A stretch of DNA of 64,000 nt from Candidatus Bathyarchaeota archaeon (GTDB lineage Archaea; Thermoproteota; Bathyarchaeia; Bathyarchaeales; Bathycorpusculaceae), in the NCBI GenBank assembly GCA_963832745.1, contig CAWHVC010000003.1:32001-96000 (forward strand), read 5' to 3'. The translations under genes were made by a program, and so were the position numbers. Shown piece by piece: positions 22,916 through 33,077 of the stretch; positions within the stretch are counted from its first letter, which is position 1, and each line of letters starts with the position of its first letter. The notes below the pieces were generated by a model. It made no database searches and had not been told where the DNA came from. It saw nothing but the letters and a program-made list of their open reading frames with translations.

Positions 22916-23222
22916 GTGCAAAAAAAACTCGCGTCAATATTCATCTTAAGTTTATTATTAATTAGCGTTTTTTCACCATTTTATACTAATCTGGTAAACG
23001 CCTATACGACAACATACACCTTAACGATTAAGACAGTTGGTCAAGGTAACGTTTCATCGGGCAACCAAACCAGAAACACTTAACCAATCAGGAACACCCA
23101 CAACAATAGCAGTTGCAATAGCTTTCATTGCCTTAGTCTTTGTAATGACAGCGGTAGTCTATCGCCGAAAAAAAGTGACCAAACAGCCTAACCGTTCCTT
23201 TCTTTTCTTTTTCAATAAATAG
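22916..23222 (+). pseudogene. Surface-protein remnant with large internal deletion (signal peptide joined out of frame to TM anchor)
   Basis: QKKLASIFILSLLL...YTLTIKTVGQGNV, then ETLNQSGTPTTIAVAIAFIALVFV...YRRKK. Confidence 0.5.
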
Positions 23223-23283
23223 GTAGGCTCATATTGGCTTGAAAATAGTTCCATACAAAATTTTTTAGTTAAAAAGCAGCAGA

Positions 23284-24135
23284 TTATTTCTTGAAAAGCA
23301 CAGAAGCATACCCAACAACGCTGGAATAATCCCCTGAAGTGTCGCCGCTGTTATGATAACTAAGCAACTCTGCCTTGGCATTTACACTCTGAGCATATGT
23401 AACCAAAGCAGTTATCGGAGCATAACCACAAGCAGTAATATTTTGGCTTTCAACAGTTTCATAAAATCGACGGGCAGCCAAAGCAGTCACCGCATCCAAA
23501 GCCAAATGGTCCTTCTTTTCCGCCTGTTTTGCAGATTCATAATGCGTCATGTCAGAAGAAGCAATAACCACAGCGTTGTGAGCATCCAACACTTCAGCTA
23601 ACGCTCTGCCAACCTCTACCGCTGAATCGTAATCTTGCATTAAAAAGCAGAGGGGAACAAGCTTGAATTTGTCACCATAAAGGTATTGAAGAAAAGGCAA
23701 CTGCACCTCAATTGAATGTTCAAATCGGTGAGCGGTTTCGTCGACGTCTACTATGCTTGTTTCAGATAGAATTGCATCAGCTATTTCCGTGTCGATTTGA
23801 ACGTTACCAAGTGGAGTTTGCCAGACGCCTTCACGCATTAACGACAAACCGCTTCCATACCCAGTATGGTTAGGACCTAAAACAACTACGGTTTCAGGTA
23901 AACCGTCCTGTGCAAGTTCAAAATAGCCTGAAGAAGCAACAGCGCCTGAGTAAACATAGCCTGCGTGTGGACAAATAAGCCCAACAACATTTCGGGGATG
24001 AAAATGAAAATTAACTTCAGGAAGCTTCCCGGGACCAAGATTACTTAAAAAACAAGATTTAATTTGAAGCCTAAGCGCTTCGGCGTCGCCTTCATAAAAC
24101 TGGCCTGCGACTATTGGACGCCGAAACGGAGGCAA
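23284..24135 (-). CDS. MEMO1 / AmmeMemoRadiSam protein B
   Basis: RRPIVAGQFY, PHAGYVYSG, GPNHTG, EHSIEVQLPFLQ, ASSDMTHY. Confidence 0.93.
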   Translation of the reverse strand: MPPFRRPIVAGQFYEGDAEALRLQIKSCFLSNLGPGKLPEVNFHFHPRNVVGLICPHAGYVYSGAVASSGYFELAQDGLPETVVVLGPNHTGYGSGLSLMREGVWQTPLGNVQIDTEIADAILSETSIVDVDETAHRFEHSIEVQLPFLQYLYGDKFKLVPLCFLMQDYDSAVEVGRALAEVLDAHNAVVIASSDMTHYESAKQAEKKDHLALDAVTALAARRFYETVESQNITACGYAPITALVTYAQSVNAKAELLSYHNSGDTSGDYSSVVGYASVLFKK

Positions 24136-24139
24136 ACTT

Positions 24140-24940
24140 TTAGGAGTCCTCCTCCTCGTCTCGGGTGACTTTGGCTTCAAAATCTTCAATTGTAGCTTGT
24201 GGGTCTTTGTCTGGACCGATTTCTCCGCGTTCCCGCAGAATTTGTCTTGCAAGCAACCAGAAGATTACGGCAAGTGCACGTCTACCTTTGTTGTTTGTTG
24301 GAATAACTAAGTCGACGCCTGCGAATTCGTTATCAGTGCTGCATAAAGCAACTATGGGTATACCTGTTCTACTGGCTTCTTTGACTGCTTGTGCGTCTGC
24401 ACGTGGGTCTGAAACTACGATGATTTCGGGGTCAACTCGCCTTGAGTATTGTGGGTTTGATAGTTGACCTGGGATGAATCTGCCAATGATTGGGGTTGAA
24501 CCTGTAACTTCACAGAATTTTTTAACTGGTTCATGCGCATACAGTCTTGTTGCTGCAACTGCAACCTTGGATTTTTCATATCTTGCAAGGAATTTAGCTG
24601 CAATTCTAATTCTGTCGTCAGTCTTTTTAACGTCTAAAACGAATAAGCCGTCAGGGCGTACACGGTAAATGAATGGCTCCATATCCAGAGTTTTCATCCT
24701 AGTGCCAATGTGGATGCCTGCTGAAAGCAGTGTGTCTCTTGGAAGCAGTAACTCTTCTACTGGCGGGGCTTCTTGTTTCTCCGCTTCTTCAACTGGTTCT
24801 TCTACTTCAGCTTCCACAGTTACTTCTGCTTCGGGTTCTTCTGTGCTGGTTTCTTCCACGTTACTCTCAGCTAAAGTTTCCTCTTCATCCTCTGGTTGAT
24901 TTTCAACTGGTTGATTTTCTTTAACTTGGTCTTCTGCCAA
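24140..24940 (-). CDS. rps2: 30S ribosomal protein uS2 with acidic N-terminal extension
   Basis: LSAGIHIGT, GRFIPGQLSNP, IPTNNKGRRAL. Confidence 0.96.
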   Translation of the reverse strand: MAEDQVKENQPVENQPEDEEETLAESNVEETSTEEPEAEVTVEAEVEEPVEEAEKQEAPPVEELLLPRDTLLSAGIHIGTRMKTLDMEPFIYRVRPDGLFVLDVKKTDDRIRIAAKFLARYEKSKVAVAATRLYAHEPVKKFCEVTGSTPIIGRFIPGQLSNPQYSRRVDPEIIVVSDPRADAQAVKEASRTGIPIVALCSTDNEFAGVDLVIPTNNKGRRALAVIFWLLARQILRERGEIGPDKDPQATIEDFEAKVTRDEEEDS

Positions 24941-24955
24941 TTTTTATTCCTCAAT

Positions 24956-26209
24956 TTATCGTATTTTTAGGTCTGCCATTTTAGCCCTGTTTCCAAGGAA
25001 ATGCTCAATTCTTATGAGTTCATTAAGCTTTGCGATTCTTGCACCCTCAACCACGCCTGTCTTGATGATTGGGCACTTGTAAGCAACAGCCAAATGGGCT
25101 ATATGCCAATCGCAGGTATCTCCAGATCGGTGGGACACGACAGGGTCATAACCGTGTCTCTGAGCCGTCTCGATTGTTTCAACTGCGTCGCTCAGTGTTC
25201 CTATCTGGTTAACTTTAATGATGATTGCGTTTCCAGCGTTAATCTTTATTCCATTATTTAACCTTTCAGTATTAGTTGTGAACAAATCGTCTCCGCAAAT
25301 CAAGCAATTTTTAGTTTTGCGGGTTAACTCGGCAAAGCTTTGGAAGTCCTCCTCATGGAACGGGTCTTCCACATAAGCCAGATGATACTTTTCGATTAAA
25401 TCAATCATGAACTCAATTTGCTCGCCAGTATCACGTTTAATGCCTTCATTTGTGTAAACATATTTGCCTTCTTTTTCATTCCAGAAAGAAGAAGCAGCAA
25501 CATCAACACCAAAGCCGCATTCAAAATCAAGCTCATTACCAACCTCTTCACAGGCTTTAGCTATAACCTCAAACGCATCAACGGTATCAATGTTAGCAAT
25601 CCATGCGCCCTCGTCACTTTTTCCGCCGTTAAAAGAACTGCTTTTCTTTTTCAGGGAATCACCGATTCTTTTGTGAATCTGTGCATTAGCGGTTACTGCC
25701 TCAAGAAATGTTTCAGCGCCATGAGGCAACGCTAAGTATTCTTGTATGTCAGGGGATTTCCCGCGTGCATGTTGACCGCCGCTTATACAGTTTCCAAGCG
25801 GGTAAGGCATGCTTGTTGCTGCGTTTCCTCCAAGAAACTGGAACAGAAGCAAGCCGTGAGAGTTTGCTGCTGCTTCAGCATTAGCAAGAGAGATAGCAAA
25901 CGCGGTGTTTCCGCCGATGTTTTTGAAGTTAGAACTGCCATCAATCTCGTGAAGCGTTTCGTCTATTTCTTCTTGGAAATCAGCGTTTAATCCTGCAAGT
26001 TCAGGAGCGATAAGTTCATCGACTCTTTTTACTGCTGCATCAACGCCGCCTTGTGGATAATATTGTACTTCAGCTTTTCCGCGGCTTTTTCCAGCAGGAG
26101 CAGAAGCTCTTCCAAAACCAGAGGTGGTTATTACGTCAACTTCAATGGTTTCTTCTCCGCGGTTATTGAAAACTTTGCGAGCAATTAAATCTTCGATGAT
26201 AGATGACAC
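24956..26209 (-). CDS. eno: Enolase
   Basis: VFNNRGEETIEV, EDPFHEEDF, GDDLFTTN, IKVNQIGTL, VSHRSGDT. Confidence 0.93.
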   Translation of the reverse strand: MSSIIEDLIARKVFNNRGEETIEVDVITTSGFGRASAPAGKSRGKAEVQYYPQGGVDAAVKRVDELIAPELAGLNADFQEEIDETLHEIDGSSNFKNIGGNTAFAISLANAEAAANSHGLLLFQFLGGNAATSMPYPLGNCISGGQHARGKSPDIQEYLALPHGAETFLEAVTANAQIHKRIGDSLKKKSSSFNGGKSDEGAWIANIDTVDAFEVIAKACEEVGNELDFECGFGVDVAASSFWNEKEGKYVYTNEGIKRDTGEQIEFMIDLIEKYHLAYVEDPFHEEDFQSFAELTRKTKNCLICGDDLFTTNTERLNNGIKINAGNAIIIKVNQIGTLSDAVETIETAQRHGYDPVVSHRSGDTCDWHIAHLAVAYKCPIIKTGVVEGARIAKLNELIRIEHFLGNRAKMADLKIR

Positions 26210-26409
26210 AACTGGTATCCTCAAGTCGCTATAATTCTTGTTATCCGCTTATTTTAGGTTTCGGAACAAGCAAACATGCCGTTGCTTAAAAAACCGTATC
26301 CGCGAATAACAATTAAAACTAGTGCATGCTGGAAATTAAAAACATATCTCAAAATAGACGTAAAGTAAGCAATTCTTATGTAACATAAAATGTTGGAAAT
26401 ATAGGGAGT

Positions 26410-28239
26410 TTATTTTGCTTTTTTCTTGCCTGAAGCGTCCTTTTTGTCCTCATCGGTCTTTACGATTTTAGTATAATAATATTCACCGATGCCTTTTTGG
26501 AACTCATCCATCTGCGAACTCTCCTTGTTAACGCGTGGACGCAAAGTAGTCGGGTCACGACGGAAAGTAATGTTCATTTCTTTAAGGAAAGTATTCATCC
26601 CTTGACGAAGTGACATAGGCGTGTTTGCATTGCCAGATACTCCTGGTTCACCGTTGAAAACCATCAGACGGTCAGCAATGAAGTCTTGAGTTACAACATC
26701 ATGTTCAACCACAAAAGCCGGTATGCCGTGAGCTTCAACCACGCGCCTTAAGGTTTTTGCTACGTTTAAGCGTTCTTCAACATCCAAATACGCGCTGGGT
26801 TCGTCAAGCAGGAACAGGTCAGTTTTGCGGCTAAGACAAGCTGCGATAGCAACTTTTTGAAGTTCGCCACCACTAAGTTCCATAACGTTTCGGTCCATGA
26901 GCACTTGGAGACGCAGTGGCTGTGCAATTTCGGTTTTGTACCAACTTGAAGTAAAGTTGTCTTTAGCTACACTCATCAGCAGTTCCTGTACTGTGCCAGA
27001 GTAGTCAGGGGCTATGTACTGCGGTTTATAGCTGACTGTTAACTCGCCAAACTTTCGTTTATCATCAGTCTGTTCGAGACCTGCAAGAATCTTTACAAAA
27101 GTTGTTTTGCCAATACCGTTTGGACCCAAAATGCCAACTATTTCACCGCTTCGAATTTCGCCGGGTTCGGCTTTCAGTTTGAAACCTTGGAAGGATTTCT
27201 CGAACGTGTCCCACTTAAGCAAGGGCGCATTGATGTTCATGCCTGCTGTGGGCGGTCTTTCTTGGAAGACGATGGATTCTTTGCGGAACCTAATGTTTTC
27301 GTCTGGAATGTAACCTTCCAGATAAATGTTGATACCTGTTCTTACTCCATGAACATGAGATACAACACCGTAAACGCCTGGTTCACCGTAAAAGACACAG
27401 ATTTGGTCTGAAAGATAATCGATAATAGCCAAGTCATGTTCAGCGACGATTATGGTTTTTTGCTGCTCCTTTAAACTACGTATAGCACGGGCAACGGTAA
27501 GCCGCTGTTTAACATCAAGATAGCTTGAGGGTTCATCAAAAAGGTAAACATCCGCATCACGACTTAAAGCTGCCGCAACCGCGACTCGCTGAAGCTCACC
27601 ACCGCTCAAAACATCAAGCGGCCTATCCCAGATTTTACGCAATTCCAACTCATCTGCGAGTTGATCAAGAATTTTACGTTCATCAACTTTTTCAAGCAAG
27701 TCACCAGCTTTACCTGTAACTGCTTTTGGAATCTTATCAACATACTGGGGTTTGCTACTGACTTTAATTTTTTTCTCGCTCATTTTTTGGAAATAATCTT
27801 GAAGGCTTGAACCGCGATAGTACTGAATGATTTCGGTCCATTCAGGCGGATTATTAAATCGACCAAGGTTAGGTTTTATTTCGCCTGAAAACACTTTCAG
27901 CGTTGTGCTTTTTCCTATACCGTTCTGTCCTAACAAGCCAAGAACTGTACCGGGCGAGGGAGTCGGCAACCTGAAAAGTTTGAAGCTGTTTTCGCTGAAA
28001 CGATGGCTGCAATCGTTTTCTAACTCGTCAGGCAGGTTAACAATGTTAATTGCTTTAAACGGACATTTTTTGACGCAGATTCCGCATCCGCTACATAGTG
28101 CTTCTGAGATTACTGCTTTAGTACCTTCTACCCGGATAGCTTCTACTCTGCTTCTTACCATTGGGCAGAAGCTTACGCATAGATGGTTGCATTTTTTGAC
28201 TTTGCATCGATCTTGGTCTAGAACGGCTATTCTTGTCAT
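26410..28239 (-). CDS. rli: ABCE1/Rli1 ribosome recycling ATPase
   Basis: N-terminal FeS cysteines and two ABC domains (GQNGIGKS, GPNGIGKT, LSGGELQ twice). Confidence 0.97.
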   Translation of the reverse strand: MTRIAVLDQDRCKVKKCNHLCVSFCPMVRSRVEAIRVEGTKAVISEALCSGCGICVKKCPFKAINIVNLPDELENDCSHRFSENSFKLFRLPTPSPGTVLGLLGQNGIGKSTTLKVFSGEIKPNLGRFNNPPEWTEIIQYYRGSSLQDYFQKMSEKKIKVSSKPQYVDKIPKAVTGKAGDLLEKVDERKILDQLADELELRKIWDRPLDVLSGGELQRVAVAAALSRDADVYLFDEPSSYLDVKQRLTVARAIRSLKEQQKTIIVAEHDLAIIDYLSDQICVFYGEPGVYGVVSHVHGVRTGINIYLEGYIPDENIRFRKESIVFQERPPTAGMNINAPLLKWDTFEKSFQGFKLKAEPGEIRSGEIVGILGPNGIGKTTFVKILAGLEQTDDKRKFGELTVSYKPQYIAPDYSGTVQELLMSVAKDNFTSSWYKTEIAQPLRLQVLMDRNVMELSGGELQKVAIAACLSRKTDLFLLDEPSAYLDVEERLNVAKTLRRVVEAHGIPAFVVEHDVVTQDFIADRLMVFNGEPGVSGNANTPMSLRQGMNTFLKEMNITFRRDPTTLRPRVNKESSQMDEFQKGIGEYYYTKIVKTDEDKKDASGKKKAK

Positions 28240-28398
28240 TTCAAAAAATAAAAGGTCAGAAGGATAGTTATAAACTTAAACCTCGGCAGATAGCGTAAGT
28301 TACTTGGGTTTTTCTGTTTTGCAAAAAATTTTAAGTCTAACTATCAGAAAAGCTTTTTTAAAAGAAAAGAATTTCAAATTTTGGGGTTAACAGATTGC

Positions 28399-28482
28399 TT
28401 ACCATTCTTCTTCTTCCCATTCTTCATCTTCGCCTTCTTCCCACTCTTCGTCCTCTTCAATTCTGTACATCAACATTCTCAT
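28399..28482 (-). CDS. 27-aa acidic Trp-repeat peptide MRMLMYRIEEDEEWEEGEDEEWEEEEW
   Basis: GGAGGTGA SD just upstream of ATG; TAA stop; below the ORF-track length cutoff. Confidence 0.7.
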   Translation of the reverse strand: MRMLMYRIEEDEEWEEGEDEEWEEEEW

Positions 28483-28674
28483 TTTCACCTCCACCATAAA
28501 CGCAGTTAATTATTCACTGCATGTAGGCAATTTTAAAGATTTAGATACGTCAAGTGTCGTTGCATTTCGCCAAGCCCCACGGAGCAGCAGGGTATTTCTG
28601 CATAATTTTTTCTCTGTTACAAACCGAACAAAACCTGCAAAACTATTAAATTCACCATAAACTCATCAGTATTG

Positions 28675-28742
28675 TGGGATGATGTGAGGCGACGGCTTCG
28701 AGCCTTGTAAGCTGTGAGAAATCGTCAATATTCGCTGACCCA
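28675..28742 (+). ncRNA. Candidate C/D-box guide sRNA
   Basis: TGGG-ATGATG(C)...TCGA(D')...TGAGA(C')...CTGA(D)-CCCA with a terminal stem; TATTAAAT about 30 nt upstream. Confidence 0.65.
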
Positions 28743-28777
28743 ACGACAAATTAACGGTTTTTTTATCAATAACGGGT

Positions 28778-29971
28778 TTATTCTTGGCTTTCGAGCGCTT
28801 TGTTAAAATCTTTAAGCTTGCCTTTAAGCAATGTCAAAATAAACGCAAGGCTTCCAAAAATAGCAAAAGATATTCCAGCCATCATTGCGACATAGTTGTT
28901 GTATGTCCAGTGATAAGTGATGTCGTAGGTCACGTTTTTACTGTAAGCGTCAGTGTTTGAAAGAAGATAGTAGGTGGTGTAAGAGTTGCCACATGTGAAC
29001 ACGGAGCTTCCAATCGAACCAGATGAACCATTGTACACAGGTGGATTATGTGTGCGAACGTCAAATTCTGTGCCGTTACTCCACCGATCAATTGGGGAAT
29101 CACCGCTACTGTGGTATATTTGAACGACGCCTTTGTCTACATCAAATTGGAAAAGGTAATCGCCATCATTATTCACAAAATAAGGCAGAGGATAGTAATC
29201 ATTTGCAGGAACAGTTACGGTTCCTTGACTGACGATTCTTTGGGCTTCAACGGGACATGAATAAGTTACAGCCAAAAAGCCACCTAACACAATCATTAAC
29301 AGCAAACCGACTAACACAAGCACCTGTCTACGTGTAACTTTAATTTTATCGCGGTTTTTAAATGCAAAAAACAAGCCAGCCCCGCCCAGCCCAGTTGCAC
29401 CCAATGCAGTAAACAAAGCGCCAATCATCAAATTAGCCGTATTATAGACTGCTTCTTTATGTTCAATGTAGGCTGTTATTGTTACTTGCTTGCTGCTTGG
29501 CGAGTCAGGGTTCCAGAAGATGTAGTGAATTGATGAGGGAAAACCAGAACCCACTATGTATGACTCTTCATAATCGTTAGAGTTATGCTGTTGAGCTGGA
29601 TTGGGCATTTCATACCAGTTTAAGCTATATGAACCGTTAAGCCAAGCCTGATAAAGTTCATCATTGACACTTACTTCCCTTATGGTTCCATTAGTTATTC
29701 TCATCGAGAGCCCCAAGTTAGCGTCTGACTTGTCTAGTTGAAGATGTATCTGGCCATACTCATTGGGAGGTACAACAACCGATTGATTCGTTAATGTCTC
29801 GCGTCTGGTTTCTTGTCCAGTATAATTCTGGACATAAAAGATTCCTGTACAGGTTGAGGCTAACGCTGCAAACACGACTATGGCGACTAGAACTTTTTTA
29901 GCGTACACATGAGGCATTAACAATCCCCATAAAGATTGAAGCGTGAAGGTAAAACGGTTTGTATGTAGCAA
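28778..29971 (-). CDS. Membrane protein with two repeated extracellular beta domains
   Basis: TM-domain-TM-TM-domain-TM layout; VVVPPNEY / VTVPANDY repeat. Confidence 0.7.
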   Translation of the reverse strand: MLHTNRFTFTLQSLWGLLMPHVYAKKVLVAIVVFAALASTCTGIFYVQNYTGQETRRETLTNQSVVVPPNEYGQIHLQLDKSDANLGLSMRITNGTIREVSVNDELYQAWLNGSYSLNWYEMPNPAQQHNSNDYEESYIVGSGFPSSIHYIFWNPDSPSSKQVTITAYIEHKEAVYNTANLMIGALFTALGATGLGGAGLFFAFKNRDKIKVTRRQVLVLVGLLLMIVLGGFLAVTYSCPVEAQRIVSQGTVTVPANDYYPLPYFVNNDGDYLFQFDVDKGVVQIYHSSGDSPIDRWSNGTEFDVRTHNPPVYNGSSGSIGSSVFTCGNSYTTYYLLSNTDAYSKNVTYDITYHWTYNNYVAMMAGISFAIFGSLAFILTLLKGKLKDFNKALESQE

Positions 29972-30033
29972 ATTGACAAGTCAATATTTTAAAATCAAAT
30001 AGCATCCTAATTACTAAAAAAAGGCTCAACTTT

Positions 30034-30666
30034 ATGGTTCAAGCGAAAAATGTTGCACAAGGATTCATTGCCACGGCAAGCGCAATCTGCATTTTTGAAA
30101 CCATAGTTGCAAATTTTTTGCCTAACCTGTGGCTTGTGTTGCTGCTTTTCCTTGTTTTAGCCGTGCCCTTAACGGTAAACCTTCTAATGGCCTTAAGGAG
30201 CTTTAAGGCAAAAAAACCCGTGCAAGAAAAAGTTAAACAGACAAAAAATGTCCTGATGGCGCTACAAGGGTTCGGTTTGGCCTGCTGGTTTTTTGATGTT
30301 CTCTCAACAATTCTTGTTATCGATGTTAAGCATACAAGTTCAGAGCTAAATCCTTTAGGTTGGCCTTTAGGGGCTTTTGGCGCTTTAGTCTATTTTTTGC
30401 CAATCACGTTCATATCATATTTTTTGCTGTTTAAACTAAAAAGCAAAGAATCCTTCTATGGTGTGCTTCTAATCACCGGTGTCTCCGTTTTTATGGGGCT
30501 ACGTAACCTCGGCGCAAGTTTTTACAATTTGCCAGCGATCGGCGGTTTTGCAGGTTACTGGGATGATTGGGCTGTTTTAGGCATCTGGGTTGCTGTGGTG
30601 GCTGTTTTGGCGGCGGTTAATGTTTTGGTTGTAGTAAAAAACAGAAAGGTGGCGGTTGGAGCTTAA
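30034..30666 (+). CDS. Membrane protein (DUF5658-like D..ST...ELNP motif)
   Basis: FDVLSTIL...ELNPLG; several TM segments. Confidence 0.65.
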   Translation: MVQAKNVAQGFIATASAICIFETIVANFLPNLWLVLLLFLVLAVPLTVNLLMALRSFKAKKPVQEKVKQTKNVLMALQGFGLACWFFDVLSTILVIDVKHTSSELNPLGWPLGAFGALVYFLPITFISYFLLFKLKSKESFYGVLLITGVSVFMGLRNLGASFYNLPAIGGFAGYWDDWAVLGIWVAVVAVLAAVNVLVVVKNRKVAVGA

Positions 30667-30899
30667 ACTGCGTCTAGCACGATGGATGTTTCTGTCCGCG
30701 TTACTGTTGGGTCTTGTTCGATTATGTGGTAGACTATTTCGTTTATTTGTTTGAGTGTTGGTGCTTCTATGACTACTACGGCGTCGTATCTGCCTAGTAT
30801 GGCGTGTGCTGCGATTGCTTCTTTTGTTTTTACTTTTATGCGGTCTATTACTTGTAGGGATGTTCCGGGTTTGGTGTTTAAGAGGATATAGGCCATCAT
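30663..30899 (-). CDS. Lrp/AsnC ligand-binding (RAM) domain protein
   Basis: MAYILLNTKPG...GRYDAVV...TETSIV. Confidence 0.88.
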   Translation of the reverse strand: MMAYILLNTKPGTSLQVIDRIKVKTKEAIAAHAILGRYDAVVVIEAPTLKQINEIVYHIIEQDPTVTRTETSIVLDAV

Positions 30900-31151
30900 G
30901 CCAATGTATTCTCCGTTTGTTTGGTGTAACAAGTTAAGGCTTGATTTTTGGATATAAATTTTGCTGTTAACTGTAAATATTTCGAGCTTTCAAATATACG
31001 AGTAAACTATTGTTCAAATAAGCCTTAATTGTTGTAGCCTAAAAAGATTCATTTTCACTTTAACTCACCCCTCACCAGCACCTAAACGTAGTTTCAATGA
31101 TACCTTAAATAGTCAAAAAAACGAAAAGCCATCAAGAAAAGGTACACGAAA

Positions 31152-31895
31152 ATGATGACTCAAAACCTCCTCATAAAACCAACAATAACAACAACACAAC
31201 AACGCCCAGCAACACGCTTAACGCTAAACATGCCAGACGTCGACCAGTTGTTCCCAGGATTCAAACCAGGAGACTTCGCAGTCCTCTACGGTTCACCGTC
31301 CCTAATCTCACTCGCTGCGAGAATATGTGTCCGAGCACAAATACCCACACAACTCGGTGGCTTAGCAAGCAACGTAGTTTTCATTGACGGCGGAAACACC
31401 TTTAGACTTTACAAAACAGCCCGCATAGCGCAACTACACGGAATAGACTCACACAAGGTACTTGAGCGCATTTTCATTTCACGAGCCTTTACCGCTTACC
31501 AATTAACCTCACTTATAATGGAAAAATTAGAAGACACCGTGAAAAAATACAACACTAAAATCGTAGTCATCTCAGACATCGCCGGTTTTTTCCTTGATGA
31601 GGATATTCCAGAGGAAGAAGCACAAAAAGTCTACAGCCAAATCCTCAACTACTTAGCAAGTTTTGCAAAAAAACACCAAATAATCCTAATTGCCACTTAC
31701 CTGCCACATAATAACACAAAAAGAAACACGGCACTCAAAGAAACAACCCTTGCAAAAGCCAACATTGTCCTGTCCTTTAGCAAAACACCCTACACCAGCG
31801 ACATAGAACTTGAAAAGCACCCAACCTATGTTTTAGGAGTCGCCGATTATCCAACAGAAAACATGACACTGATGGATTTCGTAGATAACCAATAA
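31152..31895 (+). CDS. RadA/Rad51-like paralog with degenerate Walker A
   Basis: QLGGLASNVVFIDGGNTF, LERIFISRAFTAYQL; P-loop reads YGSPSLISL. Confidence 0.8.
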   Translation: MMTQNLLIKPTITTTQQRPATRLTLNMPDVDQLFPGFKPGDFAVLYGSPSLISLAARICVRAQIPTQLGGLASNVVFIDGGNTFRLYKTARIAQLHGIDSHKVLERIFISRAFTAYQLTSLIMEKLEDTVKKYNTKIVVISDIAGFFLDEDIPEEEAQKVYSQILNYLASFAKKHQIILIATYLPHNNTKRNTALKETTLAKANIVLSFSKTPYTSDIELEKHPTYVLGVADYPTENMTLMDFVDNQ

Positions 31896-31915
31896 AAAAG
31901 CAACAATTGCCAATG

Positions 31916-32902
31916 TTAGTTAAAGAAAAAATTGGCAGCATACCTTTCGAGCATACGCTTCTTCTTATTTACAGGTTTTTTTACTTCAGGTTCAACTTCT
32001 GAAGGCTTTCCTCTACGAGACACTAGTAAAGCGGCAACTACCGCTATGATAACGCCTGTAATAATAAGTATGTAAAGTATGTTCTGGTTTGAAGACTGGT
32101 CAGAGGTATCGTTTGGTTGCGATGTAGTTGAAGAGGCTCCGGTTGCTTGAGAAGTTGCAACTGGCGCGTTTCCCTCAATTAACGGTGATGCTGCTTGGAC
32201 AAACAGTGCGTAACTGGTGATTTTTCTGTTTCCCGATTCACCGGTTTGATTGGTATCATATGCGCCGACTTTAAATGAGGCAGTGCCAGAGGGACTCACG
32301 CTCTGGGGAGTTAAATAATCAGTGTGTCCAACTGCCACTACATCACCTGATGAATTGTAAAAAGTAGCGGCAACAGCAAGCTTGGAAGCTGTTTGGGACC
32401 CAGTGTTTTTAACAGAACCGCTAATCCAGTAGGTACCTTTGTCATCCCCGCTTGTGCTGGCACCTGCAGAACTAACTGATATTGCAAAGTCAGAGTATAA
32501 ATGGCTGGTATCATCGTTGGCTATGCTTACTGAAACATCAATTTTTGATACTCCAGCAGTGTACCAGTCAGAATAGTCAGTTGGAGTCATCAGGTCGTCG
32601 ATTAGGAAGGGCGCTTTCTGTTGCGGAGCCATATAAGAAACCCATGCTCGTTTAGTGCTGTTTACTTGACTGTTTCCATCTGAAGTGTGAACAGTTACGG
32701 AAAGAACAACTTCGCTTATGGTGCTTGTTCCAGTGTTTTGAATTTCGCCAACAACATCCAAAATTCCAAGGTTGTCAATGTAGTAACTATAACTTAAGAC
32801 TTTGATGTCTTGTGTTTTGCTTGACACGTTTTGTGGGATTAAAGTTAAACATAAAGTGGAAAGTAGCAATATAATGGCTATACCGGTTAGTACTTTTTTC
32901 AA
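31916..32902 (-). CDS. FxLYD-domain surface protein
   Basis: VVGEIQNTG, ISGSVKNTG...ATFYNSSG; signal peptide and TM anchor. Confidence 0.8.
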   Translation of the reverse strand: MKKVLTGIAIILLLSTLCLTLIPQNVSSKTQDIKVLSYSYYIDNLGILDVVGEIQNTGTSTISEVVLSVTVHTSDGNSQVNSTKRAWVSYMAPQQKAPFLIDDLMTPTDYSDWYTAGVSKIDVSVSIANDDTSHLYSDFAISVSSAGASTSGDDKGTYWISGSVKNTGSQTASKLAVAATFYNSSGDVVAVGHTDYLTPQSVSPSGTASFKVGAYDTNQTGESGNRKITSYALFVQAASPLIEGNAPVATSQATGASSTTSQPNDTSDQSSNQNILYILIITGVIIAVVAALLVSRRGKPSEVEPEVKKPVNKKKRMLERYAANFFFN

Positions 32903-33077
32903 TTACAGTTCCTCTTAGCCCTAAACGTTTCAGGCAAGGTACTATAAAATACTTTTTCAAAATTACCACCAATTGTTTGACACTATAATTAGGGCTGAAT
33001 TAATGTGAGTAAAAAATTCTATGTACAACCACTTTTGAAGCATAAAAACGTTTAACACCAAGTTGTGACGGGAAAAA

